From: Bacillota bacterium
GTDB lineage: Bacteria > Bacillota > Sulfobacillia > JAUYEG01
Direction: 5' to 3'
Length of the DNA stretch: 64,000 bases
Assembly (NCBI GenBank): GCA_030691505.1
Contig: JAUYEG010000100.1
Coordinates: 4,538-68,537, forward strand
A program made the translations under genes and the position numbers. Of this stretch, positions 18,855-28,172 are shown piece after piece. Below the pieces are notes generated by a model, which did no database searches, was not told the DNA's origin, and saw only the letters and a program-made list of their open reading frames with translations. Position 1 is the first letter of the stretch. Every line of letters begins with the position of its first letter.

Positions 18855-19970
18855 ATGTTGGAGCTGGACCTCGAGATAGAGCAGTTTGCCTCGCTCAAGG
18901 TGATTGGAGTTGGGGGCGGCGGCTCCAACGCGGTAAACCGCATGATCGCGGCAGGGCTTCGGGGGGTTGACTTCATCGCCATGAATACCGACGCCCAGGC
19001 CCTGGCTCAGAGCAACGCAACGACCAAGATCCAGCTCGGCGAGAGGCTGACCAAAGGGCTCGGCGCCGGCGGCAGCCCCGAGGTTGGGCTCAAGGCGGGC
19101 GAGGAGTCGCGTGAGCTGATCTCCGAAGCGCTCAAGGGAGCGGACATGGTGTTCATCACCGCCGGCATGGGGGGCGGCACCGGGACAGGCGCAGCTCCCA
19201 TAGTCGCCGAATGCGCAAAGGACGCCGGCGCGCTCACCGTCGGGGTCGTCACCAGACCATTCAGTTTCGAGGGACGGCGCCGCGCTACGCAGGCGGAACG
19301 CGGATTGACCGAGCTCCGGGGCAAGGTGGACACCCTCATCATCATTCCCAACGACCGGCTGCTGGCTGTCGTGGACAAGAAAACGCCGATAGTCGAGGCT
19401 TTCCGGGTTGCCGACGACGTCCTGCGCCAGGGCGTGCAGGGCATCTCCGATCTCATCGCCGTCCCCGGGCTGATCAACCTCGATTTCGCGGACGTCAAGG
19501 CGATCATGCTTGACACGGGCTCCGCGCTCATGGGCATCGGCGTGGGAACCGGCGACAGCCGCTGCACCGACGCGGCCAAGGCGGCGATCTCCAGCCCGCT
19601 GCTTGAGACCACGATTGAGGGCGCCAAGGGTGTCCTGCTCAATATCACCGGCGGCGCCGATCTCGGATTGTTCGAGGTGACGGACGCCGCGGCGATTGTC
19701 GCCGAGGCCTGTGATGACGACGCCAACATCATCTTCGGCGCCGTCATCGATGACAGCCTCAAGGATGAGGTGAGGGTAACCGTCATAGCCACGGGCTTCC
19801 GTGCCGGCCAGTCGCGCTCGGGCCTGGAGGATTTCGATATCCGGCCGTTTGCGAACGACGGGCTGGACATTCCGCGTTTCCTGCGCGGGGGGGGCCAGGG
19901 GCAGGGCCAGGGGCAGGGCCAGGGCCGCCCGTCCGCGGCGCCCGGACACGGTACTTCCCGCAAGAGCTAG
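18855..19970 (+). CDS. ftsZ: Cell division protein FtsZ
   Basis: [17 protein letters not shown] tubulin signature, [15 protein letters not shown]. Confidence 0.98.
   Translation: MLELDLEIEQFASLKVIGVGGGGSNAVNRMIAAGLRGVDFIAMNTDAQALAQSNATTKIQLGERLTKGLGAGGSPEVGLKAGEESRELISEALKGADMVFITAGMGGGTGTGAAPIVAECAKDAGALTVGVVTRPFSFEGRRRATQAERGLTELRGKVDTLIIIPNDRLLAVVDKKTPIVEAFRVADDVLRQGVQGISDLIAVPGLINLDFADVKAIMLDTGSALMGIGVGTGDSRCTDAAKAAISSPLLETTIEGAKGVLLNITGGADLGLFEVTDAAAIVAEACDDDANIIFGAVIDDSLKDEVRVTVIATGFRAGQSRSGLEDFDIRPFANDGLDIPRFLRGGGQGQGQGQGQGRPSAAPGHGTSRKS
19887..19925 (+). repeat. G8 run followed by GG(C/G)CAG hexamer repeats encoding a (GQ)n FtsZ tail
   Basis: gggggggg ccag gggcag ggccag gggcag ggccag ggc read directly. 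Confidence 0.8.
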
Positions 19971-20049
19971 CCGCATCCCGGGCGGGTGACGGCCTGCGCC
20001 CCCAAAAGGCAGCCGAGCCGTAACCGTCCGGTTCCGGCATCCCACCACA

Positions 20050-20125
20050 GGTCGACGCGGGTCGCAAGTTTGTCTCCATCGGGTGCGGCCTGTCGACATT
20101 TCCTGCGCCCCTCCTCGCGTAGCAT
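20050..20125 (+). promoter_or_regulatory. Putative Spo0A-dependent spoIIG promoter
   Basis: Degenerate 0A boxes GGTCGAC(20050), GGTCGCA(20060), TGTCGAC(20091); TCGACA-21 bp-TAGCAT, an over-long spacer as in the B. subtilis spoIIG promoter. Confidence 0.45.
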
Positions 20126-20187
20126 GTAACCAACCGCCCGTCCATTCGGGCTTTGCGGCGCCGGTGGATGCCGCCAACGGGGTGGAC

Positions 20188-21132
20188 ATGACCGTTTACC
20201 TTGAGGCCGTGATCGGCCTGAACTTCCTGATCGACCTGGTGCTGCTGGCGCTGGTGGGGCTTTCGCTGGGGTTGCCGCTGCGTGCCGGACGGGTGGCCGC
20301 GGGCGCATTGATCGGTGGCGTGTACGCCGCGGTACACCTGGGCGGCGCTCTGCCGCCGGTTTCCGGAACTGCAGGGAAGCTGGCCGTGGCCCTGTTGATG
20401 GTGCTTGTGGCCTACCCTTCCAGGGGGCTAGCCCCGGCTGCCAGGGCGTTTGGGGTGTTCTGTCTCGCGTCGGTGGCGGCCGGCGGGTTTGCGCTCGCGC
20501 TGGCTGCGGGCGGCGGCCTGGCTGCTGCGGCCGGCGGGGCGATCGTGCTGGGCAGGGGTGCCCGCTCGGTGCTTCCCTACGCGCTGGCCGGATCCGCCGG
20601 GCTCGTCTATCTCGCGGGCGGGGCGCTGGCCAAGGCCGCCGGCTGGCGCAGGCAGTGCCTCGATTCGATCATAGTCGTCGGGCCAAGGGAGGCCAGGGTA
20701 AGCGCCCTGCTTGATACGGGCAACGAGCTTCGTGACCCGATCACGCGGCAGCCGGTCCTCGTTGTCGAATTCGCCGCCATCTCGGATTTGCTGCCACCCC
20801 AGGTCCGGGAGGGGTACGCGCTCGGGCGCCCGGAGGTCGTGGCTGCGGCCGTCGGCCCCGGGGCTCCCGGCGAGGGCTGGGCCGGCCGGGTCCGCCTGCT
20901 GCCTTTCCGCGCGCTTGGCACGTCCCGGGGGCTGCTGCTGGGATTTCGTCCCGACGCGGTTGTCGTGGAGGGCCCCCGGCACGCGCGGCGCAGGATCGAC
21001 GGGCTGATCGTGGCCGTCTCACCGGTCCCACTCGGCGGCGGCAGTGGCTATCAGGCCCTGTTGCCGCCGTCCGCGGTTGCTTGGGCCCCCGGCATAGGGG
21101 CCACTTCAGGAGCGGGAGGAGAACGGGCATGA
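20188..21132 (+). CDS. spoIIGA: Pro-sigma-E processing aspartic protease
   Basis: [38 protein letters not shown]. Confidence 0.92.
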   Translation: MTVYLEAVIGLNFLIDLVLLALVGLSLGLPLRAGRVAAGALIGGVYAAVHLGGALPPVSGTAGKLAVALLMVLVAYPSRGLAPAARAFGVFCLASVAAGGFALALAAGGGLAAAAGGAIVLGRGARSVLPYALAGSAGLVYLAGGALAKAAGWRRQCLDSIIVVGPREARVSALLDTGNELRDPITRQPVLVVEFAAISDLLPPQVREGYALGRPEVVAAAVGPGAPGEGWAGRVRLLPFRALGTSRGLLLGFRPDAVVVEGPRHARRRIDGLIVAVSPVPLGGGSGYQALLPPSAVAWAPGIGATSGAGGERA

Positions 21133-21860
21133 AGCTTTGGTGGAGACTGGCGCTCATATGGCGGCTTACGCTTTACCGCTGGGCCGAAAAGCTGGGTCTG
21201 TCCATCGGGGAGGCCGTCTACTACGTTGGCTCCGGCGAGGCTCTCCCCCCGCCGCTCTCCACGGACGAGGAGGTCTTCCTGCTGGGGCGGCTCCAGCACG
21301 GCGACCGGGGCGTGCGCGGCGTGCTCATCGAGCGCAACCTCCGCCTTGTGGTGTACATCGCGCGCAAGTTTGAGAACACTGGCATAGGGGTTGAGGACCT
21401 GGTCTCCATCGGCACGATCGGGCTGATCAAGGCCGTCAACACCTTTGACCCCGATAAGCGCATCAAGCTCGCGACCTACGCCTCCAAGTGCATCGAGAAC
21501 GAAATACTGATGTATCTCCGCCGCAACCAGAAGACAAGGCTGGAGGTTTCCTTCGACGAGCCGCTCAACGTGGACTGGGACGGAAACGAACTGCTTTTGT
21601 CCGACGTCTTCGGGACCGAGGCGAATGTGACGTACCGTGAACTCGAGGAAGAGGTCGACCGCTCGCTGCTCCGCCGCGCCCTGACCCGGCTCAACCACAA
21701 GGAGCGCCGGATCGTCGAGCTCCGCTACGGGCTTGACGACGGCCAGCAACGGACGCAGAAAGAGGTCGCCGACTCCATGGGCATATCCCAGTCGTACATC
21801 TCCCGCCTGGAAAAGCGCATCTTCCAGCGGCTACGGGTCGAGATCCGGCGCTGGCAGTGA
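21129..21860 (+). CDS. sigE: Sporulation sigma factor E (pro-form)
   Basis: Pro-sequence then [55 protein letters not shown]. Confidence 0.97.
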   Translation: MKLWWRLALIWRLTLYRWAEKLGLSIGEAVYYVGSGEALPPPLSTDEEVFLLGRLQHGDRGVRGVLIERNLRLVVYIARKFENTGIGVEDLVSIGTIGLIKAVNTFDPDKRIKLATYASKCIENEILMYLRRNQKTRLEVSFDEPLNVDWDGNELLLSDVFGTEANVTYRELEEEVDRSLLRRALTRLNHKERRIVELRYGLDDGQQRTQKEVADSMGISQSYISRLEKRIFQRLRVEIRRWQ

Positions 21861-22042
21861 CAGGCCGCGCCTGATTCCGGGCCGATCCCGGGCCCGTAGG
21901 TTTCTGCTGCAGAGGCAGCACACGGCTACCGCCCCGGCTGCCGCCGTTCCCGGCCGCCGCCGTTCCAAGCCGCTCACCCCCCCGCGCGCCGCGCCGCCCG
22001 TCCCCGCCGCGTCCACCGATCGGGCATGAAGCCTTTCTAGCA

Positions 22043-22072
22043 GCATAAGCGCTTTAGGCTGGGCCAATAATA
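22043..22072 (+). promoter_or_regulatory. Putative sigma-F/G promoter of sigG
   Basis: GCATA-15 bp-GCCAATAATA, matching the forespore sigma consensus. Confidence 0.6.
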
Positions 22073-22138
22073 AAGTGCGACACCCGCGAACACGCCGACA
22101 TTGCGCCCATCCGGGCCAGGAGGTGCCTTCAGCCTTTG

Positions 22139-22906
22139 ATGAACAAGGTCGAGATCTGCGGGGTCAACACCTCCAAGCTGCCGGTGTTGACCAACGCCAA
22201 GATGCGCGAGCTGTTCAAGACCATGAAGGACGACGACCGCAAGGCCCGCAACCAGTTGATCAACGGCAACCTCCGGCTGGTACTCAGCGTGATCCAACGC
22301 TTCAACAACCGCGGCGAGTTCGTGGACGACCTGTTTCAGGTGGGCTGTATCGGCCTTATCAAGGCGATTGACAACTTCGACCTCGCCCACAACGTCAAGT
22401 TTTCCACGTACGCCGTGCCCATGATCGTGGGTGAGATCCGGCGCTACCTGCGGGATAACAACCCGATCCGGGTGAGCCGCTCACTGCGCGACGTGGCCTA
22501 CAAGGCCCTTCAGGTGCGTGACACGCTGGTCAACAAGCACTCGCGGGAGCCGCAGGTCGGGGAAATCGCGGGCGAATTGAAACTGCCCGTCACCGACGTG
22601 GTCTACGCCCTGGAGGCGATCCAGGAGCCCATTTCGCTGTTTGACCCGATCTACCACGAGGGCGGCGATCCAATCTACGTGATGGATCAGGTAAAGGACG
22701 AAAAAACCGAAGATATCGCCTGGCTCGAGGGGATCGCGATCCGGGAGGCGCTCGCGCGGCTCTGCGAGCGTGAAAAGGCGATTGTGGAGATGCGCTTCTT
22801 CCGCGGCAAAACTCAAATGGAGGTCGCTGATGAAATCGGCATAAGCCAGGCGCAGGTGTCAAGACTTGAGAAAGCGGCGCTTATCCACATGCGCAAACAC
22901 ATGTAG
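22139..22906 (+). CDS. sigG: Sporulation sigma factor G
   Basis: NKVEICGVNTSKLPVL, GNLRLVLSVIQRF, RRYLRDNNPIRVSRSLRD. Confidence 0.98.
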   Translation: MNKVEICGVNTSKLPVLTNAKMRELFKTMKDDDRKARNQLINGNLRLVLSVIQRFNNRGEFVDDLFQVGCIGLIKAIDNFDLAHNVKFSTYAVPMIVGEIRRYLRDNNPIRVSRSLRDVAYKALQVRDTLVNKHSREPQVGEIAGELKLPVTDVVYALEAIQEPISLFDPIYHEGGDPIYVMDQVKDEKTEDIAWLEGIAIREALARLCEREKAIVEMRFFRGKTQMEVADEIGISQAQVSRLEKAALIHMRKHM

Positions 22907-22937
22907 GGCCGCGCGCAAGACCGGGGAGGAACAAACC

Positions 22938-23753
22938 GTGGGGGGACATCGAAAGCAGCGGGGGAAGGCGGCGTTTGCCGGCATGCTGCTGCTGGCCGCG
23001 GCGATCCTGTCGGCCGCGGGCGTGGCATCCGGAGCAATGCCTGGCCGAGACGCCATTTCCGGTGGGGCCGGCCGCAGCCCCGCCGCTATCAGCCCTGACT
23101 ACGTACGGATACAGGTCGTGGCCAACTCCGACTCGGCTGCTGACCAGCACGTCAAGGCCGCCGTCCGGGATCTGCTACGAAACCGCCTGACGGAGCCGGT
23201 GCTTGACCTGACCTGCGCGGGCGATGCGCTGGCTTACGCGACCGCCGAGCTGCCGGAGCTCGAAGCGGCGGTACGCGGTGTGCTGGCCGCGGAGCGGTCC
23301 AATTACGATTGCGAGCTGACAGTGGGCGTGATGGCGTTTCCGGCGAAAAGTTACGGCGGGCTGGTAGTGCCACCTGGCGAGTACCCGGCCCTGAGAGTCG
23401 CCCTCGGGCAGGGGCGAGGAGCCAACTGGTGGTGCGTGCTTTTCCCGCCGCTCTGTTTCGTTGACATCGGCAGCAGCCTGGCCCGCGACCCGGCCGAGCA
23501 GCTGAGCGCCGTGGTTCAGGGTGAGAGTGGGACCGGCGGCGCGGGGGTTCCCGAGAACCAGCCGTTCAGCGATGACGCGCTCCTGGATGCTGTTCGGACG
23601 GCTCTGGAACAGGATGGCCCGGCCGGCGGCCGGCCGGCGGCCAGCGGTATACGCCTTCGCAGCTGGATCCTCGAACGGTTCAGCGATTCGCGGTGGTGGG
23701 CGCGGCTTTGGCAGACGCTCAAGACCCGGCTTGCGGCCGGAGCTGACGAGTAG
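22938..23753 (+). CDS. spoIIR: Stage II sporulation protein R
   Basis: RIQVVANSDSAADQHVK, FPAKSYG, GEYPALRV.LG.GRGANWWCVLFPPLCF. Confidence 0.95.
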   Translation: MGGHRKQRGKAAFAGMLLLAAAILSAAGVASGAMPGRDAISGGAGRSPAAISPDYVRIQVVANSDSAADQHVKAAVRDLLRNRLTEPVLDLTCAGDALAYATAELPELEAAVRGVLAAERSNYDCELTVGVMAFPAKSYGGLVVPPGEYPALRVALGQGRGANWWCVLFPPLCFVDIGSSLARDPAEQLSAVVQGESGTGGAGVPENQPFSDDALLDAVRTALEQDGPAGGRPAASGIRLRSWILERFSDSRWWARLWQTLKTRLAAGADE

Positions 23754-23893
23754 CCGTCAGCACGCAAAGGTGAAAGGGTGACTGCGGCGAAGCTACGTCG
23801 CATGCCCCTACGGGACTAAAGCGGCCGGAGTATCAGGTCCCGGCGCCAGAACGACCCTGAGCTAAAGCCTTCACAGTCGGCATGGCCAGACGG
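23754..23893. ncRNA. Candidate structured ncRNA (6S-like features, family unassigned)
   Basis: Nested complementary segments CCGTC/GACGG, GTGAA.GG/CCTTCAC, TGCGGCG/CGTCGCA, GCCGG/CCGGC; central GCATGCCCCTACGGGACTAAA; no ORF. Confidence 0.45.
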
Positions 23894-23962
23894 AGGGGTC
23901 CCCCTTCCGGCCAAGAATTCGTTCCCTGAATCCCAAGCTTCGCCCCCGGGGGAGGGACGACC

Positions 23963-24529
23963 ATGAACGTCATCGCCATTCACTCCAGCAACCGCCCTGA
24001 CGGGCTTTCCGCACGCCTTGCCGCCGCCGTTCTTGAGGGCGCCGGGGCCGCCGGCGCATCGACGGAGCTCGTGTCGCTCAATGACCTACACATCGAAACA
24101 TGCCAGGCCTGCCCGCCGGCCGGCTGGGGCCAATGCCGCGCGGGGCAGGATTGCGTACTGGAGGACGACTTCCAGGGGCTACGGGCAAAGATAGTTGCGG
24201 CGGATGCCCTTGTCTTCGTTACTCCGGTCTACTTCTGGGATCTCTCCGAATCGGCCAAACGTTTCCTCGACCGGCTCCGTCGGGCTGAGTGGCCGCGCCG
24301 CGACTCCTCACCGTTGCGCGCAAAGCCTGTCGTCGGGATCGCCGCCGCCGGGGGTTCCGGCACCGGCGCCGTCCCCGCTATCGCCAACCTCGAACGGTAC
24401 ATGACCTACCTGCAGATGCAGCATGTCGTGTACCTGCCGGTAAGCAGGCAAAATCAGGCGCTGCAGATCAAGGCGGCCCGGGAGGCCGGCGCTTTCCTCG
24501 CCGCGCAGGCAACCGCAGCTTCCGGCTAA
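23963..24529 (+). CDS. Flavodoxin-fold NADPH-dependent FMN reductase / iron-sulfur flavoprotein family
   Basis: IHSSNRPDGLS, CQAC...C...C.LEDD, ADALVFVTPVYF, KRFLDR. Confidence 0.85.
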   Translation: MNVIAIHSSNRPDGLSARLAAAVLEGAGAAGASTELVSLNDLHIETCQACPPAGWGQCRAGQDCVLEDDFQGLRAKIVAADALVFVTPVYFWDLSESAKRFLDRLRRAEWPRRDSSPLRAKPVVGIAAAGGSGTGAVPAIANLERYMTYLQMQHVVYLPVSRQNQALQIKAAREAGAFLAAQATAASG

Positions 24530-24624
24530 CGCCGCATTCGATCCGGGGCGCAACAGCAACCTCGCCTCCGGTCTCATATACTTGCATGAAGGCAGGCCGG
24601 ACGGAGCAAACGGAGGGATCGGTT

Positions 24625-24903
24625 GTGGTGCGCATCTCTGACCTACGCACCCGGGAGATCGTCAACACCATTGATGGCAAGCGGCTCGGGGCGATTTCTG
24701 ACCTGGAGATCGACCTGGCATCCGGCCGCGTCACAGCTTTGATCGTCCCGGGCGAGGGGCGCTTCTTCGGCATCTTCGGCCGCGATGAGGAGTACGTGAT
24801 CCCGTGGAACCGCATCAAGAAGATAGGCACCGATGTGATCCTCGTCGAGGTCGCCGGCTTCACCGACCTTGAGGCGGCAAACGGACTGCCGTTGCGGGAC
24901 TAG
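24625..24903 (+). CDS. ylmC: YlmC/YmxH family PRC-barrel sporulation protein
   Basis: RISDLRTREIVNTIDGKRLG, IPWNRIKKIGTDVILV; CATATACT (sigma-E-like -10) upstream. Confidence 0.92.
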   Translation: MVRISDLRTREIVNTIDGKRLGAISDLEIDLASGRVTALIVPGEGRFFGIFGRDEEYVIPWNRIKKIGTDVILVEVAGFTDLEAANGLPLRD

Positions 24904-25042
24904 GCCCGGCGCCGCCGTTCTCAGTGGCACCTGCGGCGGCAGACCCTCGAACGCCGGCCGCCTCCCCGCGGCCGCAGCGGTCACCGCCCTCGCGCCCATA
25001 GAGCTGACCGGCCATCGGTTCGCACCCCCCCGCTTTTAGGTG

Positions 25043-25095
25043 TGGACACGCTATGGGTAGGGGTTTATAATTCTCGCGTAACCCATATATGGGGG
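25043..25095 (+). promoter_or_regulatory. Sigma-A promoter overlapped by tandem NrdR boxes
   Basis: TGGACA(25043)-17-TATAAT(25066); 16-mers ACGCTATGGGTAGGGG(25048) and AACCCATATATGGGGG(25080), 32 bp apart, resembling acaCwAtATaTwGtgt. Confidence 0.75.
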
Positions 25096-25104
25096 GAAAC
25101 GTAC

Positions 25105-25611
25105 GTGCGCTGTCCCTTCTGCGGGTACAGCGACACCCGCGTGCTGGAGTCGCGCGCCGTTGAAGACGACCGGGGCGTGAGACGGCGCCGCGAGTGCGCC
25201 ACCTGTCTTCGCCGGTTCACAACCTACGAGAGGGTTGAGGAGGCGCCGCTCGTCGTGGTAAAGAAGGACGGGCGCCGCGAGGGCTTTGACCGCCAGAAGA
25301 TACTCGCCGGGCTCCTCCGGGCCTGCGAGAAGCGCCCTGTGAGCACGGAGTCGCTCCAGGCGCTCGCGGACGATGTTGAGCGGGAGCTACGCGAGCGCGC
25401 CGAGCGCGAGGTGCTGTCTTCAACAATCGGCGAGCTCGTCATGGACCGCCTCCACCGTCTCGACGACGTGGCGTACGTGCGTTTCGCCTCCGTCTACCGG
25501 CAGTTCACCGATATCCAGCACTTCCAACATGAGCTCGAGCGGCTCCAGCGGCTGGGTCGCGCGGGCGGCGGCGAGGACAAGCCAGGAGGGACCAAGGGTG
25601 CGGATCTCTGA
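25105..25611 (+). CDS. nrdR: Transcriptional repressor NrdR
   Basis: CPFCG, RRRREC..C..RFTTYE, ATP-cone, [10 protein letters not shown]. Confidence 0.97.
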   Translation: MRCPFCGYSDTRVLESRAVEDDRGVRRRRECATCLRRFTTYERVEEAPLVVVKKDGRREGFDRQKILAGLLRACEKRPVSTESLQALADDVERELRERAEREVLSSTIGELVMDRLHRLDDVAYVRFASVYRQFTDIQHFQHELERLQRLGRAGGGEDKPGGTKGADL

Positions 25612-28162
25612 CAACGCGCGTACGGTACTGGAGCGCCGGTATCTCCGGCGGGAGGGCGACCGGACCGTTGAAACCCCGGAGGAGATGCTCCGCCGGGTGG
25701 CGGACAATATCGCAGCCGTCGAGGGCCAGTACTACGGTGCGGATCCCGTCTCCGTCCGCGAGTGGTCGGATCGTTTCTACGAGCTGATGGACAGCCTCGA
25801 CTTCCTTCCCAACTCGCCGACCCTGATGAACGCCGGACGCGAGCTGCAGCAGCTTGCCGCATGTTTCGTCCTGCCGATCGGCGACGCGATGGAGAGCATC
25901 TTCGACACGCTCAAGCACGCGGCGCTGATTCACAAGAGCGGCGGCGGCACCGGGTTCTCCTTTTCCCGGCTTCGCCCCAAGAACGACCAGGTGCGTTCGA
26001 CGGGCGGCGTCGCGAGCGGGCCTGTCTCCTTTCTCAAGGTGTTCAATGCCGCCACCGAGGCTGTCAAGCAGGGCGGCACGCGCCGCGGGGCCAACATGGG
26101 CATCCTGCGGGTGGATCACCCGGACATCCTGGAGTTCATCCAGTGCAAAGTCAAGAACGCCGACATCACCAACTTTAACATCAGCGTCGGGCTCACCGAG
26201 TCCTTCATGCAGGCGGTTCGTGACAACGCCTGCTATCCGCTCCGAAACCCGCGCGACGGCCGGACGACCGGCGAGCTTCGCGCGCGCGAGGTCTTTGACC
26301 TGATCATTGACCACGCCTGGCGCAACGGCGAGCCCGGCATCATCTTTCTTGACCGGCTCAACCGGGACAACCCCACGCCTTCGCTGGGAGAGATCGAGAG
26401 CACCAATCCGTGCGGTGAGCAGCCCCTGCTTCCGTACGAGGCCTGCAACCTCGGGTCGGTCAACCTGGCCCGCATGGTCCGCGACGGCGCCGGCGGGCCG
26501 GAGGTGGACTGGGAGCGCCTCGGCGAGGTCGTTCGGCTCAGCGTGCGTTTCCTGGACGACGTAATCGACGCCTGCGTTTACCCGCTCGAAACCATCACCG
26601 CGATGGTCAAGTTAAACCGCAAGATAGGGCTGGGCGTGATGGGCTTCGCCGACCTGCTCATTGCGCTGGGGGTGTCGTACGACTCCCCGGAAGCCGTGGA
26701 CCTGGCCGGCAGGCTGATGCAGGCGATCCAGGACCAGTCCCGCCGGGCCTCGCAGCAGCTGGCCGGTGAGCGCGGCACTTTTCCCAACTTCGCCGCCAGC
26801 GTCTACGCCGACGGCCCGCCGCTCCGTAACGCGACCACGACGACCATCGCGCCGACAGGGACGATCAGCCTCATCGCGGGGGTATCGAGCGGCATTGAGC
26901 CGCTCTTCGCGGTCTCTTTCGTGCGCAACGTGCTCGGCGGCACGCGCCTTGTCGAGGTTCACCCGCCGTTCCGGGCGGTCGCGGAGACCCGCGGTTTCTA
27001 CAGCCCGGCCCTGATGGAGCGCATCGCGGCGGCGGGGTCCATCGCGCACATTGATGAGGCGCCCCCGGATGTCAGGCGGCTGTTCGTCACCGCGCACGAC
27101 ATCAGCCCGGAGTGGCATATCCGCATCCAGGCGGTGTTTCAGCGGTTCACGGACAATGCGGTGTCAAAGACGGTCAACTTCCCGCGCGACGCTTCCCGGG
27201 AGGATGTCTCCGGGGCATACTGGCTGGCTTTCGAGCTCGGCTGCAAGGGCATCACGATCTACCGCGACGGCAGCCGCGAAGACCAGGTTCTGCAGGTGCA
27301 GGGCGAAACCACGGCCGGTGGCCGCGCGGAGATCCCGGTCGACCACATCGACGCGCACGGAGACGCCGATCTGATACGGGCACTGGGTGGCTCCGGCGGG
27401 CCGGCCGCGGGCCGGCCGGGCGAGGCCGCGCGTGCTGCCGGTACGGGAGCCCGTGGCGCCGGTGACGGCATGGCAACCCGCGCGGATGCCGGGTCCCGCG
27501 GCAGAGACCGGGCCGCATCCGCGGCGCAGCCCTCAGCCCGCCACCTGCCCGCCGCCGCGGCGCGGGGACAATCCGCGGCCCTGGGCGAGCTGGATGCGGG
27601 CAGAGTGGAGACAGCCGCAGGTCTTGCGGTCATTTCGGACGGGGCGCAGTTGTCCAGTGCCTCCGCCGGCGGGCAGGCGCGGCCCGGGGGGATCCGGCCC
27701 CGGCCCAGGTTCGAGGAGAGCGAGACCGCGGGGATGACCAAGAAGTTCCGCATCGGGGGCTGCGGCAAGCTGTTCGTGACGGTCAACGCCGACCACCAGG
27801 GAATATGCGAGGTCTTCACCAACACCGGCGAGGAGGGCTGTCCCTCGCTTTCGGCGGCGCTGAGCCGGGTGATCAGCATCGCCCTGCGGTCGGGCATCGC
27901 CACCGACGCGATCATTGACCAGCTCAAAGGTATTCGCTGCATCGGATGCATCATCGATCGGGACACGCGGGTGCTGTCCTGTCCGGATGCCATCGGCAAG
28001 GCGATCGAGAAGTTCCTCAACGGTCGAAACCGGTTTGACCTGAACCCTGCGTCCGGCCCGCGGACCGTGCTCAGTTGCCCGGAGCCCGGATGCGGCGGGC
28101 TGATGGTGCCCGACAGCGGCTGCTATACCTGCACCCTGTGCGGGTTTAGCAAGTGCGGATAG
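25598..28162 (+). CDS. nrdJ: Class II (B12-dependent) ribonucleotide reductase with C-terminal TSCPD domain and zinc ribbon
   Basis: [43 protein letters not shown]; no NrdB gene adjacent; C-terminal LSCPDAIG and C..CGFSKCG. Confidence 0.92.
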   Translation: MRISDNARTVLERRYLRREGDRTVETPEEMLRRVADNIAAVEGQYYGADPVSVREWSDRFYELMDSLDFLPNSPTLMNAGRELQQLAACFVLPIGDAMESIFDTLKHAALIHKSGGGTGFSFSRLRPKNDQVRSTGGVASGPVSFLKVFNAATEAVKQGGTRRGANMGILRVDHPDILEFIQCKVKNADITNFNISVGLTESFMQAVRDNACYPLRNPRDGRTTGELRAREVFDLIIDHAWRNGEPGIIFLDRLNRDNPTPSLGEIESTNPCGEQPLLPYEACNLGSVNLARMVRDGAGGPEVDWERLGEVVRLSVRFLDDVIDACVYPLETITAMVKLNRKIGLGVMGFADLLIALGVSYDSPEAVDLAGRLMQAIQDQSRRASQQLAGERGTFPNFAASVYADGPPLRNATTTTIAPTGTISLIAGVSSGIEPLFAVSFVRNVLGGTRLVEVHPPFRAVAETRGFYSPALMERIAAAGSIAHIDEAPPDVRRLFVTAHDISPEWHIRIQAVFQRFTDNAVSKTVNFPRDASREDVSGAYWLAFELGCKGITIYRDGSREDQVLQVQGETTAGGRAEIPVDHIDAHGDADLIRALGGSGGPAAGRPGEAARAAGTGARGAGDGMATRADAGSRGRDRAASAAQPSARHLPAAAARGQSAALGELDAGRVETAAGLAVISDGAQLSSASAGGQARPGGIRPRPRFEESETAGMTKKFRIGGCGKLFVTVNADHQGICEVFTNTGEEGCPSLSAALSRVISIALRSGIATDAIIDQLKGIRCIGCIIDRDTRVLSCPDAIGKAIEKFLNGRNRFDLNPASGPRTVLSCPEPGCGGLMVPDSGCYTCTLCGFSKCG

Positions 28163-28172
28163 GGGAGGCGGG

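Noticed and set aside
23754-23893. c-di-GMP-I, FMN or glmS riboswitch assignment
   Set aside because: Only short word matches (ACGCAAAG, GCGCCAGAAC); the order and remaining conserved elements do not fit
27300-27710. Intein in NrdJ
   Set aside because: Low-complexity segment with no splice-junction (C/S...HN) or LAGLIDADG motifs
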